This document shows, in pieces, positions 31,216 through 40,517 of a stretch of 64,000 nt of DNA. Under the pieces are notes generated by a model. That model was not told where the DNA came from, made no database searches, and was given only the letters and a program-made list of their open reading frames with translations. The position numbers and the translations under genes are program-made. Positions within the stretch are counted from its first letter, which is position 1. Each line of letters starts with the position of its first letter. Source of the DNA: an uncultured candidatus Porisulfidus sp. (lineage in GTDB: Bacteria > Pseudomonadota > Gammaproteobacteria > Poriferisulfidales > Poriferisulfidaceae); contig OZ241993.1 of NCBI GenBank assembly GCA_965204575.1, positions 480,001 to 544,000 of the forward strand, in the 5' to 3' direction.

Positions 31216-34200
31216 TTATATGGTCTCCCGCATGGGCTCTGCCTGCGGCAGGGCGCACAGCGCGTTCACTAACCGCATTTGCTCCACCGTCGCGCAATTT
31301 GTATTCAGAAGCCGCGGAGACGCGAATACCAGGCTCAGTCCCTGGCCTCGGCTGATCGCGACGTTAAGGCGCTCTCGCGAAAGCAGGAAATCCAGTCCGC
31401 GGGAGGTTTCCTCGGCCGTCGAGGCGGCCATCGAGACCAAGGCGACCGGCGCCTCCTGTCCTTGGAATTTGTCGACAGTGCCGACACGAATGTCAGGCAG
31501 GGCGTCGGAGAGCGCGTTCACCTGGGCATTGTAGGGCGCAACCACGATGACGTCGCTCTCGCGAAACGGGCACCGGTTTCCGTTTCGGTCAGTCCATGTA
31601 CCCGCCAACAATCTGTCGATCGTTCGACCGACGGCCTCCACCTCTTCAGGGCTGACCTGCGCACGGCTCTCATGCTCGACCGGCACGCGCCACGCGCCGG
31701 AGGGAGGGAGGTCTGGCGCTTCGACGACCTGAAGCGCGACCGAGGGGTGGCTGCGCAACCGGCCTTCGTAGAACTGTGCGGAAACATAGCCGCAGAGGTC
31801 GGGGTGCATTCTCCGGGTTTCCGGCAGGAAGATGCCGCGTTCCGGGGTGACGTTCCTCCCCTCTCCCAGCATCCAGTCGAGGCAGGAAAGGTTGGCCGGG
31901 TGCGGGTGTGCGCCCTGGGTCACCTGGGGAAGCTGGCGGGGGTCGCCGACAAGAACGAGATTGGCGGCGGCATTGGACATCGCGATCAGGTTGGCCAGCG
32001 GGACCTGCCCGGCCTCGTCGACGAAAAGGCAACCGAAGGCGCCCCGAAATTCCTCCCGTGAAAAGAGCCAGGCCGTTCCGCCGACGATACGGGCGGAGTG
32101 GATCGCGGCAGCCTGATTGTCCTTCACGCAGGAAACGGCTTTCTCGTATCCCTGCGGGAGGTCGGTTCTGGCCGAAACCTTGTGGGCGATTTTTACATTG
32201 CCAGTGCCTTCCTCGCGCAACGCATGGACGCATTCCATCAGAACGTTGCGAATCGCCTCGTGACTGTTCGAAGAGACCGCGACGCGCCGGCCGTCCCGGA
32301 CCAGCGCGAGAATGGCGCGCGCCGTGACATAGGTCTTGCCGGTGCCAGGCGGCCCCTGGACCGGAAGGACGGACTGATCCAAAGCCCGCACCGCCGCGAT
32401 CAGACCCTGAAGCGGTTCGGATTTTTCATCCAAGGGAAGCGGAGGCGGGCCGCGGAAGCGGGGAGGGTTGCGCGACAGGACGTCTTCGGCCGCCCGGTTG
32501 CGGCGGGAGTTGCACTGGTCCATCACAACCTTTCGAATGGCCCCGGGAATCGAGCCCGGATTCAGGGCGAAGCCAGGGAGCAAATCCAACTGGTCGGGAA
32601 GTGGCCATCTCGAAGAGGAATACAAGAGAATCTTCCGGCCGCCCCGATCAATACCAGAGATTTCGGCCGAGGCGAAAAAACCGTCCGGACTTGCGAACAG
32701 GGCGGACTGTCCCGCTCGCAGTTTCGTCTCCTGCGGCGGATAGCGGTATTCGCGCCCGTGCGAGCCCGCCTTGCCGGATGCGACCAAACCGGCCAGACAT
32801 TCCAGGTCGTCGCAAAGATCCTCGAACTCTTTCGCCTCGGCATCGAAGACAGCCCAGGCCTGAGGCTTTTTCTCGCGCCAGTGGAACACGCCAAGATCGA
32901 AGAGCATGCTCCGGCGCTCTTCCGGCAAGCCGGATGCGGCAAGCAGGTCCGCGAGTCCCTTGTTCTCGTCCTGTTCCCTCGCCGCCCTCGGCGTCTCCCC
33001 CTCCCGGGCCCGAGGCCAAGACCCTTCCGGCCGAATACCGATCAGCCAGTCGCGCAGTTTTTCAAGCGAGAGGCAGTCGAGGCGGTTGTACTCCTCGAGT
33101 TCCGCGAGGATTCCATCCTCGCCCGTCTCGCGCCACTTCTCGTAGGCGACGATCGAGTCGCCGCCGGACGCGACTTCCCCGTCACGGGGCATGTCGTAGA
33201 AGGCCTCCATGTCCTTGAGCGAATAGGAGGGCTCGGAAGCGAACACGCCATTGCGCACGACGGCGTAGAGATCGACGAAGCGCTCTTCCCGCAACCAGCA
33301 GTCCAGCCGCGCTTCACCCAGGCCATGCCGCATGGCGAGCTTGCGCAGCTTGGTGATCTCGTAAGACGCGTAGTGATAGATGTGCGCGTCCGGGTGGTGC
33401 ACGAAATGTTCTTCGAACCGATTGAACAAGGATGCCAGTGCTTCCTTCTCCGCCGCATGATCGTGCGCCCATAAAGCGGTGAATTCCTGCCCGTCCCAGA
33501 CACCGTGGAGATATTCCAGGCCGTCCGACCCTGCCTCGGCGTAGTGCGGGTCCCCCTCGATGTCGTAGAACAGGTCACCGGGGTCGGGCCGCGGCATCAG
33601 GTCGAAACCCTTCCCGGGAACTGGGGGCCGCAGCTTGAACGAAGGCCCGCCGGTCTTGCGGGCGTGCTGGAGCCGGGCCTGCTCGCGCAGTTTCTCCGTG
33701 GTCTCGTCGGCAAGCCTGAGAACCTTGCCTTCGTGCTGGGCGAGCGCCTCCACCGTCCGGACCCCGGTCGCTTCCAGCTTGGCGACCTGGCTCTTCCGGA
33801 TCCCGGCGATCCGGTAGAGGCTATCCGTCTCCTTCCATTCTTCGGCGCAATGCTCCCGCCAGCGGCAAAGGTCGCAGAAATCACATGGAACCGGACGGGT
33901 AGGCGGGGGCGTCCGGACGAAATCCTCAAGTTGTTCGCGTGTGGCGCGCGCGTAGTCGGAGTGTTCGGCCAAGCGAACAGTGGCCCGCTCGCCCGAGCCG
34001 AGCTGGACATGGGCGCAGTCCGGCGCGAGGCCCTGAACCTCTGCGAGAAGGTCGGAGTAAAGCGCCAACTGGAACACGTGGTCCGGAGCAAGTTTGCGTT
34101 TCAGTTTGGTGTCCATGACCTCGTAGGAAAACGGCCCTAATTCGGATGGGGCCGACACGCGCTCCAAGAAGTCCGCGTAGCCGCCCCACATTCCGTCTAC

Positions 34201-34512
34201 AAGCGCGCCTTGGTAGATGATGTCTGGCCCGGCCTCTAAGGCTTCGCGCGTGGCACCCGCCGACTCCCCAAGAGAGAAACCCTCCGCCTCAATTCGCACG
34301 ACCGTCTTGCCTTCGGCCTCAAGCTGCGAAAGATATTCGGTCTCGTGCTGCTCGCCGCGCCTCTGCAGCAGGACGGTGTCTTCGCTGTCCCCGACCGGCG
34401 TGAGATCGTCTCCCTGAAGATAGGCGAGGTCGAGTTGCGTCGCGTGCGGGCAGGCAGTGAACCGCTTGAGGTCCGAGGCCGACAGCCGGATTCCTTCACC
34501 GTCCTTTCTCAT
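31216..34512 (-). CDS. TM0106-family RecB/Cas4-like nuclease + RNase H-like domain + SF1 (DNA2/NAM7-like) helicase
   Basis: GYADFL...EVMDTK (PD-D/ExK), Cys cluster C...CDLCRWREHC, FYDIEGDP...YNRLDC, GPPGTGKT, DEAGQ, GDPRQL, TVDKFQGQE, RLNVAISR. Confidence 0.88.
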   Translation of the reverse strand: MRKDGEGIRLSASDLKRFTACPHATQLDLAYLQGDDLTPVGDSEDTVLLQRRGEQHETEYLSQLEAEGKTVVRIEAEGFSLGESAGATREALEAGPDIIYQGALVDGMWGGYADFLERVSAPSELGPFSYEVMDTKLKRKLAPDHVFQLALYSDLLAEVQGLAPDCAHVQLGSGERATVRLAEHSDYARATREQLEDFVRTPPPTRPVPCDFCDLCRWREHCAEEWKETDSLYRIAGIRKSQVAKLEATGVRTVEALAQHEGKVLRLADETTEKLREQARLQHARKTGGPSFKLRPPVPGKGFDLMPRPDPGDLFYDIEGDPHYAEAGSDGLEYLHGVWDGQEFTALWAHDHAAEKEALASLFNRFEEHFVHHPDAHIYHYASYEITKLRKLAMRHGLGEARLDCWLREERFVDLYAVVRNGVFASEPSYSLKDMEAFYDMPRDGEVASGGDSIVAYEKWRETGEDGILAELEEYNRLDCLSLEKLRDWLIGIRPEGSWPRAREGETPRAAREQDENKGLADLLAASGLPEERRSMLFDLGVFHWREKKPQAWAVFDAEAKEFEDLCDDLECLAGLVASGKAGSHGREYRYPPQETKLRAGQSALFASPDGFFASAEISGIDRGGRKILLYSSSRWPLPDQLDLLPGFALNPGSIPGAIRKVVMDQCNSRRNRAAEDVLSRNPPRFRGPPPLPLDEKSEPLQGLIAAVRALDQSVLPVQGPPGTGKTYVTARAILALVRDGRRVAVSSNSHEAIRNVLMECVHALREEGTGNVKIAHKVSARTDLPQGYEKAVSCVKDNQAAAIHSARIVGGTAWLFSREEFRGAFGCLFVDEAGQVPLANLIAMSNAAANLVLVGDPRQLPQVTQGAHPHPANLSCLDWMLGEGRNVTPERGIFLPETRRMHPDLCGYVSAQFYEGRLRSHPSVALQVVEAPDLPPSGAWRVPVEHESRAQVSPEEVEAVGRTIDRLLAGTWTDRNGNRCPFRESDVIVVAPYNAQVNALSDALPDIRVGTVDKFQGQEAPVALVSMAASTAEETSRGLDFLLSRERLNVAISRGQGLSLVFASPRLLNTNCATVEQMRLVNALCALPQAEPMRETI

Positions 34513-35279
34513 CGTGCCATCCCCGAAGCCCGGAACAACCGCACAAATTCTTCGCCCGACAATGACTCGGCTCTTCGTTGGGAATCAATACCCGTTTCGG
34601 TCCACGCTCGATCCGGAATTTCCGGCAGATTGTTGCGCAATGTCTTCCGTCGCGATGCAAATGCCCGGCGAACCAGACGCGTGAAATCCTTTCGCTCCTC
34701 CTCTTCAATCGGAAGGCTCTCCTTGGGCACCAATCGCACGACGGTGGAGACGACCTTGGGTGGCGGGTCGAAACATTCCGGCTCGACATCAAGCAGCATC
34801 TCCACCTGCATCAGCAGTTGAGCTACCACCGATAACTGCCCGCGCGATGGGTCGCCCGGGGGCGCGGCGAGCCGCTGCGCGACTTCGCGCTGCACCATTA
34901 CGGTCAGATCCGCCAGATGTGTCCGCAACTCCATCCAGCGTTGCAGGAGTGCGGTCGCGACGTTATACGGCAGATTGCCCGCCAGTCGCAAACCTCTCGG
35001 ATACACCGAAAGGTCCGCGCGCAGCGCATCCGCACAACGGATCGTGACTGCCGGGTTGTCAGCAAACTGCCGTTCCAGATGCGCAGCAAGATCCGAATCC
35101 TTTTCGATGGCGATCAGGCGCTTCGCCTGCCCCGCCAGTGAATGCGTCAGTGCACCGCGGCCAGGCCCAATCTCGACCAGAGTGTTGCTGGGACCGATTG
35201 CCGCGACAATTTCCTCGATCTTTGCCGGGTCGGTAAGAAAATGCTGCCCCAGGCGTTTTCGCGGCGGTGGCAGGGTCAT
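34509..35279 (-). CDS. rsmA: 16S rRNA m6,2A dimethyltransferase
   Basis: RKRLGQHFL, EIGPGRGALT, GNLPYN, PPPKV.S, RRKTLRN. Confidence 0.95.
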   Translation of the reverse strand: MTLPPPRKRLGQHFLTDPAKIEEIVAAIGPSNTLVEIGPGRGALTHSLAGQAKRLIAIEKDSDLAAHLERQFADNPAVTIRCADALRADLSVYPRGLRLAGNLPYNVATALLQRWMELRTHLADLTVMVQREVAQRLAAPPGDPSRGQLSVVAQLLMQVEMLLDVEPECFDPPPKVVSTVVRLVPKESLPIEEEERKDFTRLVRRAFASRRKTLRNNLPEIPDRAWTETGIDSQRRAESLSGEEFVRLFRASGMAR

Positions 35280-35281
35280 GG

Positions 35282-35683
35282 TCAGGCGTCGCGCTGCCAG
35301 ACCCGGTCAGCACCTGCGTAGATTTCCTTGATTTCCATCAGAACCGCGCCACGCCCGGGGTAGGAGTCGTCCAGCCAGCCGTGTTTCATCGCTTCGAATA
35401 CCGGTCCGTCCGAATGGTAGGACAACGGCCCTTTCAACTGGTAGGCGCGCCGGGGCTGGGCCAGAAAGACCAAGGCACCCGGACTGCCCGCATCAATATT
35501 GGTCCGGGTCTTGTCCATGGCATTGTCCGCCACAACTAACTGAGCTTCATTGGTTAAGTTCATGCAAAGCACCCAGATCACGTTTGGTGTGCCGTTCGCG
35601 CCAACCGTGGCCAGAGTGGCCAGCGGCTCTCGTTCTTCCCACGCCTGAAGGAACTCTGCCGGCAACGGGGGGACAGGATTCAC
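35282..35683 (-). CDS. Pyridoxamine 5'-phosphate oxidase-like FMN-binding protein
   Basis: LATVGANGTPNV, ADNAMDKTRTNI, YQLKG. Confidence 0.8.
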   Translation of the reverse strand: MNPVPPLPAEFLQAWEEREPLATLATVGANGTPNVIWVLCMNLTNEAQLVVADNAMDKTRTNIDAGSPGALVFLAQPRRAYQLKGPLSYHSDGPVFEAMKHGWLDDSYPGRGAVLMEIKEIYAGADRVWQRDA

Positions 35684-35907
35684 GGGAGTCGGTGTTTGGG
35701 GATAGGTATTTTCTCTTTATCTTCCTGCACTGCTGCCATCCAAGCAGCAAAAGCATCGCGAGCCTCTGCGATTGCTTCCTCGACAGTGTCTCCATCTGCA
35801 ATGCATCCTGGCAAGTCGGGAAAGGTGACCACATAGCCTCCACCCTCATCTTCTGGAATGGGAGAGAGATTGAACAAGTAATCCTCGAATTCTTTTGCCT
35901 TATTCAT
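35680..35907 (-). CDS. HicB-family antitoxin (short, no DNA-binding tail)
   Basis: EDEGGGYVVTFPDLPGCIADGDTVEEAIAEARDA. Confidence 0.85.
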   Translation of the reverse strand: MNKAKEFEDYLFNLSPIPEDEGGGYVVTFPDLPGCIADGDTVEEAIAEARDAFAAWMAAVQEDKEKIPIPKHRLP

Positions 35908-35948
35908 TGTGCCGCCACAATCAATTCCACTAAGTGTTTGGTATTCAT
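35904..35948 (-). pseudogene. 14-codon mini-ORF, probable internally deleted hicA
   Basis: MNTKHLVELIVAAQ*, with ATGA overlaps to both the pdxA stop and the hicB start. Confidence 0.5.
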
Positions 35949-36931
35949 GCCGCTTCTGCCCAATGCCGAGCAGCGCGTATCTGCTCCGCTGCACAGTCAA
36001 CAGCCTCGAACAGGCTGCCGGGGTCTGCCTGCCCCGTTCCCGCAAGACCCAGAGCGGTGCCATGATCAACCGAAGTGCGCACGTACGGCAGCCCCAGGGT
36101 CACGTTCACGGCCTGTCCGAACCCGAGTGTCTTGAGCACCGGCAACCCTTGATCGTGGTACATGGCGAGAAACGCGTCGATCCCTTCCCGTTCGACGAAA
36201 GCGGTATCCGCCGAAACCGGACCTTCCACCTGATGGCCGCGTTCGCACAGTGCCTTGATGGCCGGAGCGATGACTTCCTGTTCTTCGCGACCGAAATATC
36301 CGCCTTCGCCGGCATGAGGGTTGAGCCCCAGCACGCGGATCTTTGGCTGGGCAAGGCCGAATCTCGACTGCAATCCGGAAACTAGGATTTCCAGGATGCC
36401 GACAAGGCGTTCCCGGGTCACCGCCTTCGGCACCTCGGCCAGCGGAAGATGCGTTGTTGCGAGCGCGACGCGCAGGGATTCCGCGGTCAACAGCATGACC
36501 GGTTCACTGTTCGCCTGCTCGGCCAGATACTCCGTGTGACCGCGAAACGGAAGGCCCGCAGCCAGCAAGGCGCTTTTTTGCACCGGCCCGGTCACCAGCG
36601 CATCGAATGTCCCGTCCAGGCAACCCTGCCCGGCTTCGGTGATGCTTTCCAGAACGTACGGGGCAAACCGCGCCTCGGCGACTCCCGGTCGGGCCTGGCC
36701 CTGCATCGGGATGGGGCGAACTTCCAGCGCATCCGGCGGTGGGGCAGCATCCGGGCGATACCCCACGATCTGAACCGCTTGCCCAAGTTCTTCGGCGCGC
36801 TGCCTGAGAAGATCCGGATCCGCGAATACGACGCAGCGCGCGGGGTTTTCTCTTTGCGCCAATGCCAGCAGCAGATCCGGTCCGATTCCACCGGGTTCGC
36901 CCGCGGTCACTGCCACGCGCAGTTCAGACAC
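35945..36931 (-). CDS. pdxA: 4-hydroxythreonine-4-phosphate dehydrogenase
   Basis: GEPGGIGPD, GHTEYLA, GLNPHAGE, AMYHDQGL, RTSVDHGTA. Confidence 0.96.
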   Translation of the reverse strand: MSELRVAVTAGEPGGIGPDLLLALAQRENPARCVVFADPDLLRQRAEELGQAVQIVGYRPDAAPPPDALEVRPIPMQGQARPGVAEARFAPYVLESITEAGQGCLDGTFDALVTGPVQKSALLAAGLPFRGHTEYLAEQANSEPVMLLTAESLRVALATTHLPLAEVPKAVTRERLVGILEILVSGLQSRFGLAQPKIRVLGLNPHAGEGGYFGREEQEVIAPAIKALCERGHQVEGPVSADTAFVEREGIDAFLAMYHDQGLPVLKTLGFGQAVNVTLGLPYVRTSVDHGTALGLAGTGQADPGSLFEAVDCAAEQIRAARHWAEAA

Positions 36932-38213
36932 CCTGTTCCTCGGTCATGTAGCGGACATAGGAATTGTTCAGCATCCGCCGCAACCAGATCTCGATCTCGT
37001 CGTTGACCCGCGAGCGGGCGAGATGGTTCAGCGCGCGTGTGCGCAGGGTCGATTCGGTCTCGTCCACCTTGCGGCGTTCCAGAACCTGAACGATATGCCA
37101 GCCGAATGAAGATTGGAACGGTTCGCTTATCTCATCGATTTCCAGCCGATTCATCTGTTCTTCGAAATAGGGGTCCAGCATTCCCGGCGAAGCCCACCCC
37201 AGGTTTCCTCCATCCGAAGCCGAAGCCGTATCGTCCGAATGTGAGCGGGCCAGGTCCTCAAAACGATCACCGCCATTGATTCGGTCCTTCAGCGTATTCA
37301 GCTGGGCAAGGGCCTCCCTATCATCAATGAGGGCATTGGGACGAATCAGGATGTGACGTGAGCGGGTCTGATTCACCATGACCTGTTCCCCGCCTTCCTT
37401 GTCCGCCAGATAGAACAAGTGAAAGCCACTGGGGCTTTGAAGCGGTTCCGTGACCCCTCCGATTTCCAGCTTGGTGATTGTGTCCGCGGCAAAACTAGGC
37501 AGTTCCGCTTCGACACGCCAGCCAATATCGCCCCCATTGAGGGCATTGCGGCCATCCGATTCGGTCAGGGCAAGACTGGCGAAGCTCTCCCCGCCGCGAA
37601 CCCGTTCGGCCAAGGCCTGTGCCTTAGCTCGGCGCCGATCTTTTTCCCTGGGAGCCATCTGCCCCTGCGTTGCGATCAGGATGTGATTCAGTTGGTACCG
37701 GTTGTCGGTCTGAAGACGGTCCGCATGCAACCGGAGAAAGTTGTCGATCTCGTCTTCAGTTACACGCACCAGGCGGCGAGACTCGATTTGCTGCAGATGC
37801 TGGGTTAGCAACTGCTCGTGAAGGTAATTGTAAAAGCTGATGAAGTGAATGCCTTCTTGCTCGATCTGGCGACGAAACTGTCGGGGGTCCATTCCGTTGC
37901 GTTCCGCCAGCGAACGGATTTCCTTCACTACCGCATCGGGGGGCAGGGAAATCCCGCGTTTCTCGGCAAACTGCATTTGCAGCCGGGCCATCACCATGTA
38001 TTCCAGAACCTGGGCGAAAAACTGCTCCTTCGGCGGCAGTGGCATCCCGCTTTGCAGGATCTGTTTCCCGATGATCGAAACGCGTTCTTCGAGCTCCGAC
38101 TGGGTGATGATGTCTTCCTCGACCACCGCCACGACCCGATCCAGAAGTTCAGCCGTCGCAACCCCGGACCCCAATGCCAGGATCAAAGCTGCACCGCGAA
38201 TCAACGTAACCAC
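36924..38213 (-). CDS. surA: Periplasmic chaperone/PPIase SurA
   Basis: LDRVVAVVEEDII, two parvulin domains (HILI, GG.LGW, FGWHI). Synteny with lptD and pdxA. Confidence 0.93.
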   Translation of the reverse strand: MVTLIRGAALILALGSGVATAELLDRVVAVVEEDIITQSELEERVSIIGKQILQSGMPLPPKEQFFAQVLEYMVMARLQMQFAEKRGISLPPDAVVKEIRSLAERNGMDPRQFRRQIEQEGIHFISFYNYLHEQLLTQHLQQIESRRLVRVTEDEIDNFLRLHADRLQTDNRYQLNHILIATQGQMAPREKDRRRAKAQALAERVRGGESFASLALTESDGRNALNGGDIGWRVEAELPSFAADTITKLEIGGVTEPLQSPSGFHLFYLADKEGGEQVMVNQTRSRHILIRPNALIDDREALAQLNTLKDRINGGDRFEDLARSHSDDTASASDGGNLGWASPGMLDPYFEEQMNRLEIDEISEPFQSSFGWHIVQVLERRKVDETESTLRTRALNHLARSRVNDEIEIWLRRMLNNSYVRYMTEEQGV

Positions 38214-40477
38214 GCCGACTCCCCGTCCATTTCCCGATGCATGCGGGTTTCGACGTCTTCGCCAACTCCAGCCAAGCCATGGAAACGAACATGGAGCAGC
38301 ACGCGATCATCGTACTCCCCGCCCGGCAACCCCGATTCTCGCCGCACCTTCCATGCGCCAATCCCGACCGTCATGCAGCACCCGCGGTGTTCCAAGGCAG
38401 TCAGCAATTCCAGGCTGCGGTCTTCATGAAAGTCATAGCGGTAGCGAAAAGCCAAGTGCCAGTTGTCACCCAGTGGCAGCAGCGCCTGTGCGTCCGCCTG
38501 TTCCAGTTCCGGCTCGCCCGGTACCCCCAATGCCGGGTTCCCGACGTACTCCACGTTTCCGGCCCGGTGGATGTAGCGAACCTGAACGCGTTCGTCGTCA
38601 TTGCCGTCCCAGCCGAGCATGTGAGAGGCCCAGGTGATGTCGTTGCCGTCGCGGTTCGGATCGTAGCGGAACGCGGACCGGACCTGGAGTTGCGGCGTCG
38701 GCCGCCATTCCATCTGCGCCGCCCAGGCGGACTTCGAGTCATCACCCTCGCCCCCCTTGATCAGGCCGCCTGGCGAGCGGAAATACCAGACCCGTCCAAT
38801 CTGTGCCCGCAACTTGAGATAGCCGGAGATCGGGTCGATCACCCGCGTCGTAAGCCCGGTCGCCACAAGGTCGGCACCGCCGATCCGGTCGCGCCCGGCA
38901 GCCCGGGCACCCCGGAACAGGGCGTCGTAGTCAAGTTCAAATCGCCGGGAGTCAAAGTCCGGGATGTCCGAATGGTCGCGGCGCTGGCGGTTGAGGTAGA
39001 AAAGTTGCGGCTCCAGAGTCTGCAGGGCGCCACTCTCCAGTTGGCGCTCGAAGCGCATCCGGGCATCGACACTGAAGATCGGCAGGGTCCGGCTTGGAGT
39101 CCCTTCCAGCTCTTCTCCCAATAGTGCTGCCGCTTTTTTCGCCTCGCCGGAGAAATCAAGATCGTACTGTGTGTGGCGCCACTGCAGGCGAGGCGTCACC
39201 TGCCAGCCAGTCCCGGCGAAGCGGCGTGCGACCGTCAGCCCCGCATCGTAGCGCTCGCCCTCGACGTGCAACGTGTCCAGGTCGCCTCGGAATACGTCCA
39301 CCGCCAGCATCGGCGACAAAACCAGGCCGGTCGACGGCATCTTATAAGAGCCTGCAGCGCGCACCTGAGGCAGTTGGTCCCACTGTTCACTGTGGCCTTT
39401 GAGCGGGTCGCTTCCGGTCACCGCGGCACTGACGGTCCAGTTATCGGAGCGCCAGGCCACGCGGGCCTCCTGACGCAACCGGGTCGTTGACAGATCGTGA
39501 ATCCCTGCCTTGAAATCCTCCAGGTAGGTCCCGTCGGACACGTTCGTGTAATTCACCTGGTAGTCCCATCCGCTCGGGCGAACCGCACTGTGCCGCCAGT
39601 GCAGCAGGTAGCGATCATCGTTCGCCTTGTTGTCGCTCAGAAACTCCGCCTTGGCCGTGCCGGCCCCATGATGCGTCCGGTAGCGACCACTGGGTTTGAT
39701 CTGGAGCCCCCGCCGACCCAGATACCGTGCCGACAGCACCGCATCGTAATGCGGGGCAAGGTTGAAGTAGTACGGCAGTTCCAGCGAATAGCCCAGATCG
39801 TCGGATGTCCCGATTTCCGGTGTCAGCCAGCCGCTCATGCGCTCCTCGCCGACCGGAAAACCCACCCAGGGCAGGTACATCACCGGCATGGAACCGACTC
39901 GAAGGACGATGTTGCGCGCCTCGCCCTGCCCCACATCCGGATCGATGCGGACAGATTTCGCCCGCACGTTCCAAGCCGGGTTTTCCAGACCACAAGTGGA
40001 ATAGCTGGCCTCTTCCGCCTCCAGCTTGCCATTCGGAGTCCATGTCATCTGCCGCATCTCGCCGGCCCCGCCGCCACCTAAACGAAAGCGGGCTTCGGGG
40101 ACCTTCGCCCGGCTCTCCCCATATTCCAGCTCCACCTGTTCGGCCTCCAGCGCAATTCCCGGCCCACTCATCCGGACCCCGCCGCTGAAGGAAATGCGTT
40201 CCTGTTCTTCGTCGATTGCCGCGGAATCCGAACTGGCGCGCAACGCGCCGTGGCGCACCCGGACATCCGAGCTTAATTCAACCCGGCCGTTTTCGCGTAC
40301 TATTTGCCCCGCCTCTAGTTCGAGTTCTCCGTCTCCGCCGGCTTCCGCGCCGATTTCGATTGGTCCGCAATGCGCCGGTTGCAATGGTTCCGGTAGTGGT
40401 AGGGAATCCTGGGCTCCGGCTCCTGCTACCCAAGCCCCCAAGGCCAAAGAAAGCAGGATGCGGTGGAAAATCAGCAT
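38201..40477 (-). CDS. lptD: LPS assembly protein LptD
   Basis: YSTC, PYYFNLAPHYD, QTLEPQLFY, C-terminal GCC. lptD-surA-pdxA order. Confidence 0.92.
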   Translation of the reverse strand: MLIFHRILLSLALGAWVAGAGAQDSLPLPEPLQPAHCGPIEIGAEAGGDGELELEAGQIVRENGRVELSSDVRVRHGALRASSDSAAIDEEQERISFSGGVRMSGPGIALEAEQVELEYGESRAKVPEARFRLGGGGAGEMRQMTWTPNGKLEAEEASYSTCGLENPAWNVRAKSVRIDPDVGQGEARNIVLRVGSMPVMYLPWVGFPVGEERMSGWLTPEIGTSDDLGYSLELPYYFNLAPHYDAVLSARYLGRRGLQIKPSGRYRTHHGAGTAKAEFLSDNKANDDRYLLHWRHSAVRPSGWDYQVNYTNVSDGTYLEDFKAGIHDLSTTRLRQEARVAWRSDNWTVSAAVTGSDPLKGHSEQWDQLPQVRAAGSYKMPSTGLVLSPMLAVDVFRGDLDTLHVEGERYDAGLTVARRFAGTGWQVTPRLQWRHTQYDLDFSGEAKKAAALLGEELEGTPSRTLPIFSVDARMRFERQLESGALQTLEPQLFYLNRQRRDHSDIPDFDSRRFELDYDALFRGARAAGRDRIGGADLVATGLTTRVIDPISGYLKLRAQIGRVWYFRSPGGLIKGGEGDDSKSAWAAQMEWRPTPQLQVRSAFRYDPNRDGNDITWASHMLGWDGNDDERVQVRYIHRAGNVEYVGNPALGVPGEPELEQADAQALLPLGDNWHLAFRYRYDFHEDRSLELLTALEHRGCCMTVGIGAWKVRRESGLPGGEYDDRVLLHVRFHGLAGVGEDVETRMHREMDGESAWLR

Positions 40478-40517
40478 AGAAACAACCTCGCGGCCCGACG
40501 CCGCAAGATAGTGTATT

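Noticed and set aside
31216-34512. Cas4-like nuclease as sign of a CRISPR locus
   Set aside because: No array or other cas genes. The domain architecture fits the TM0106 nuclease-helicase family.
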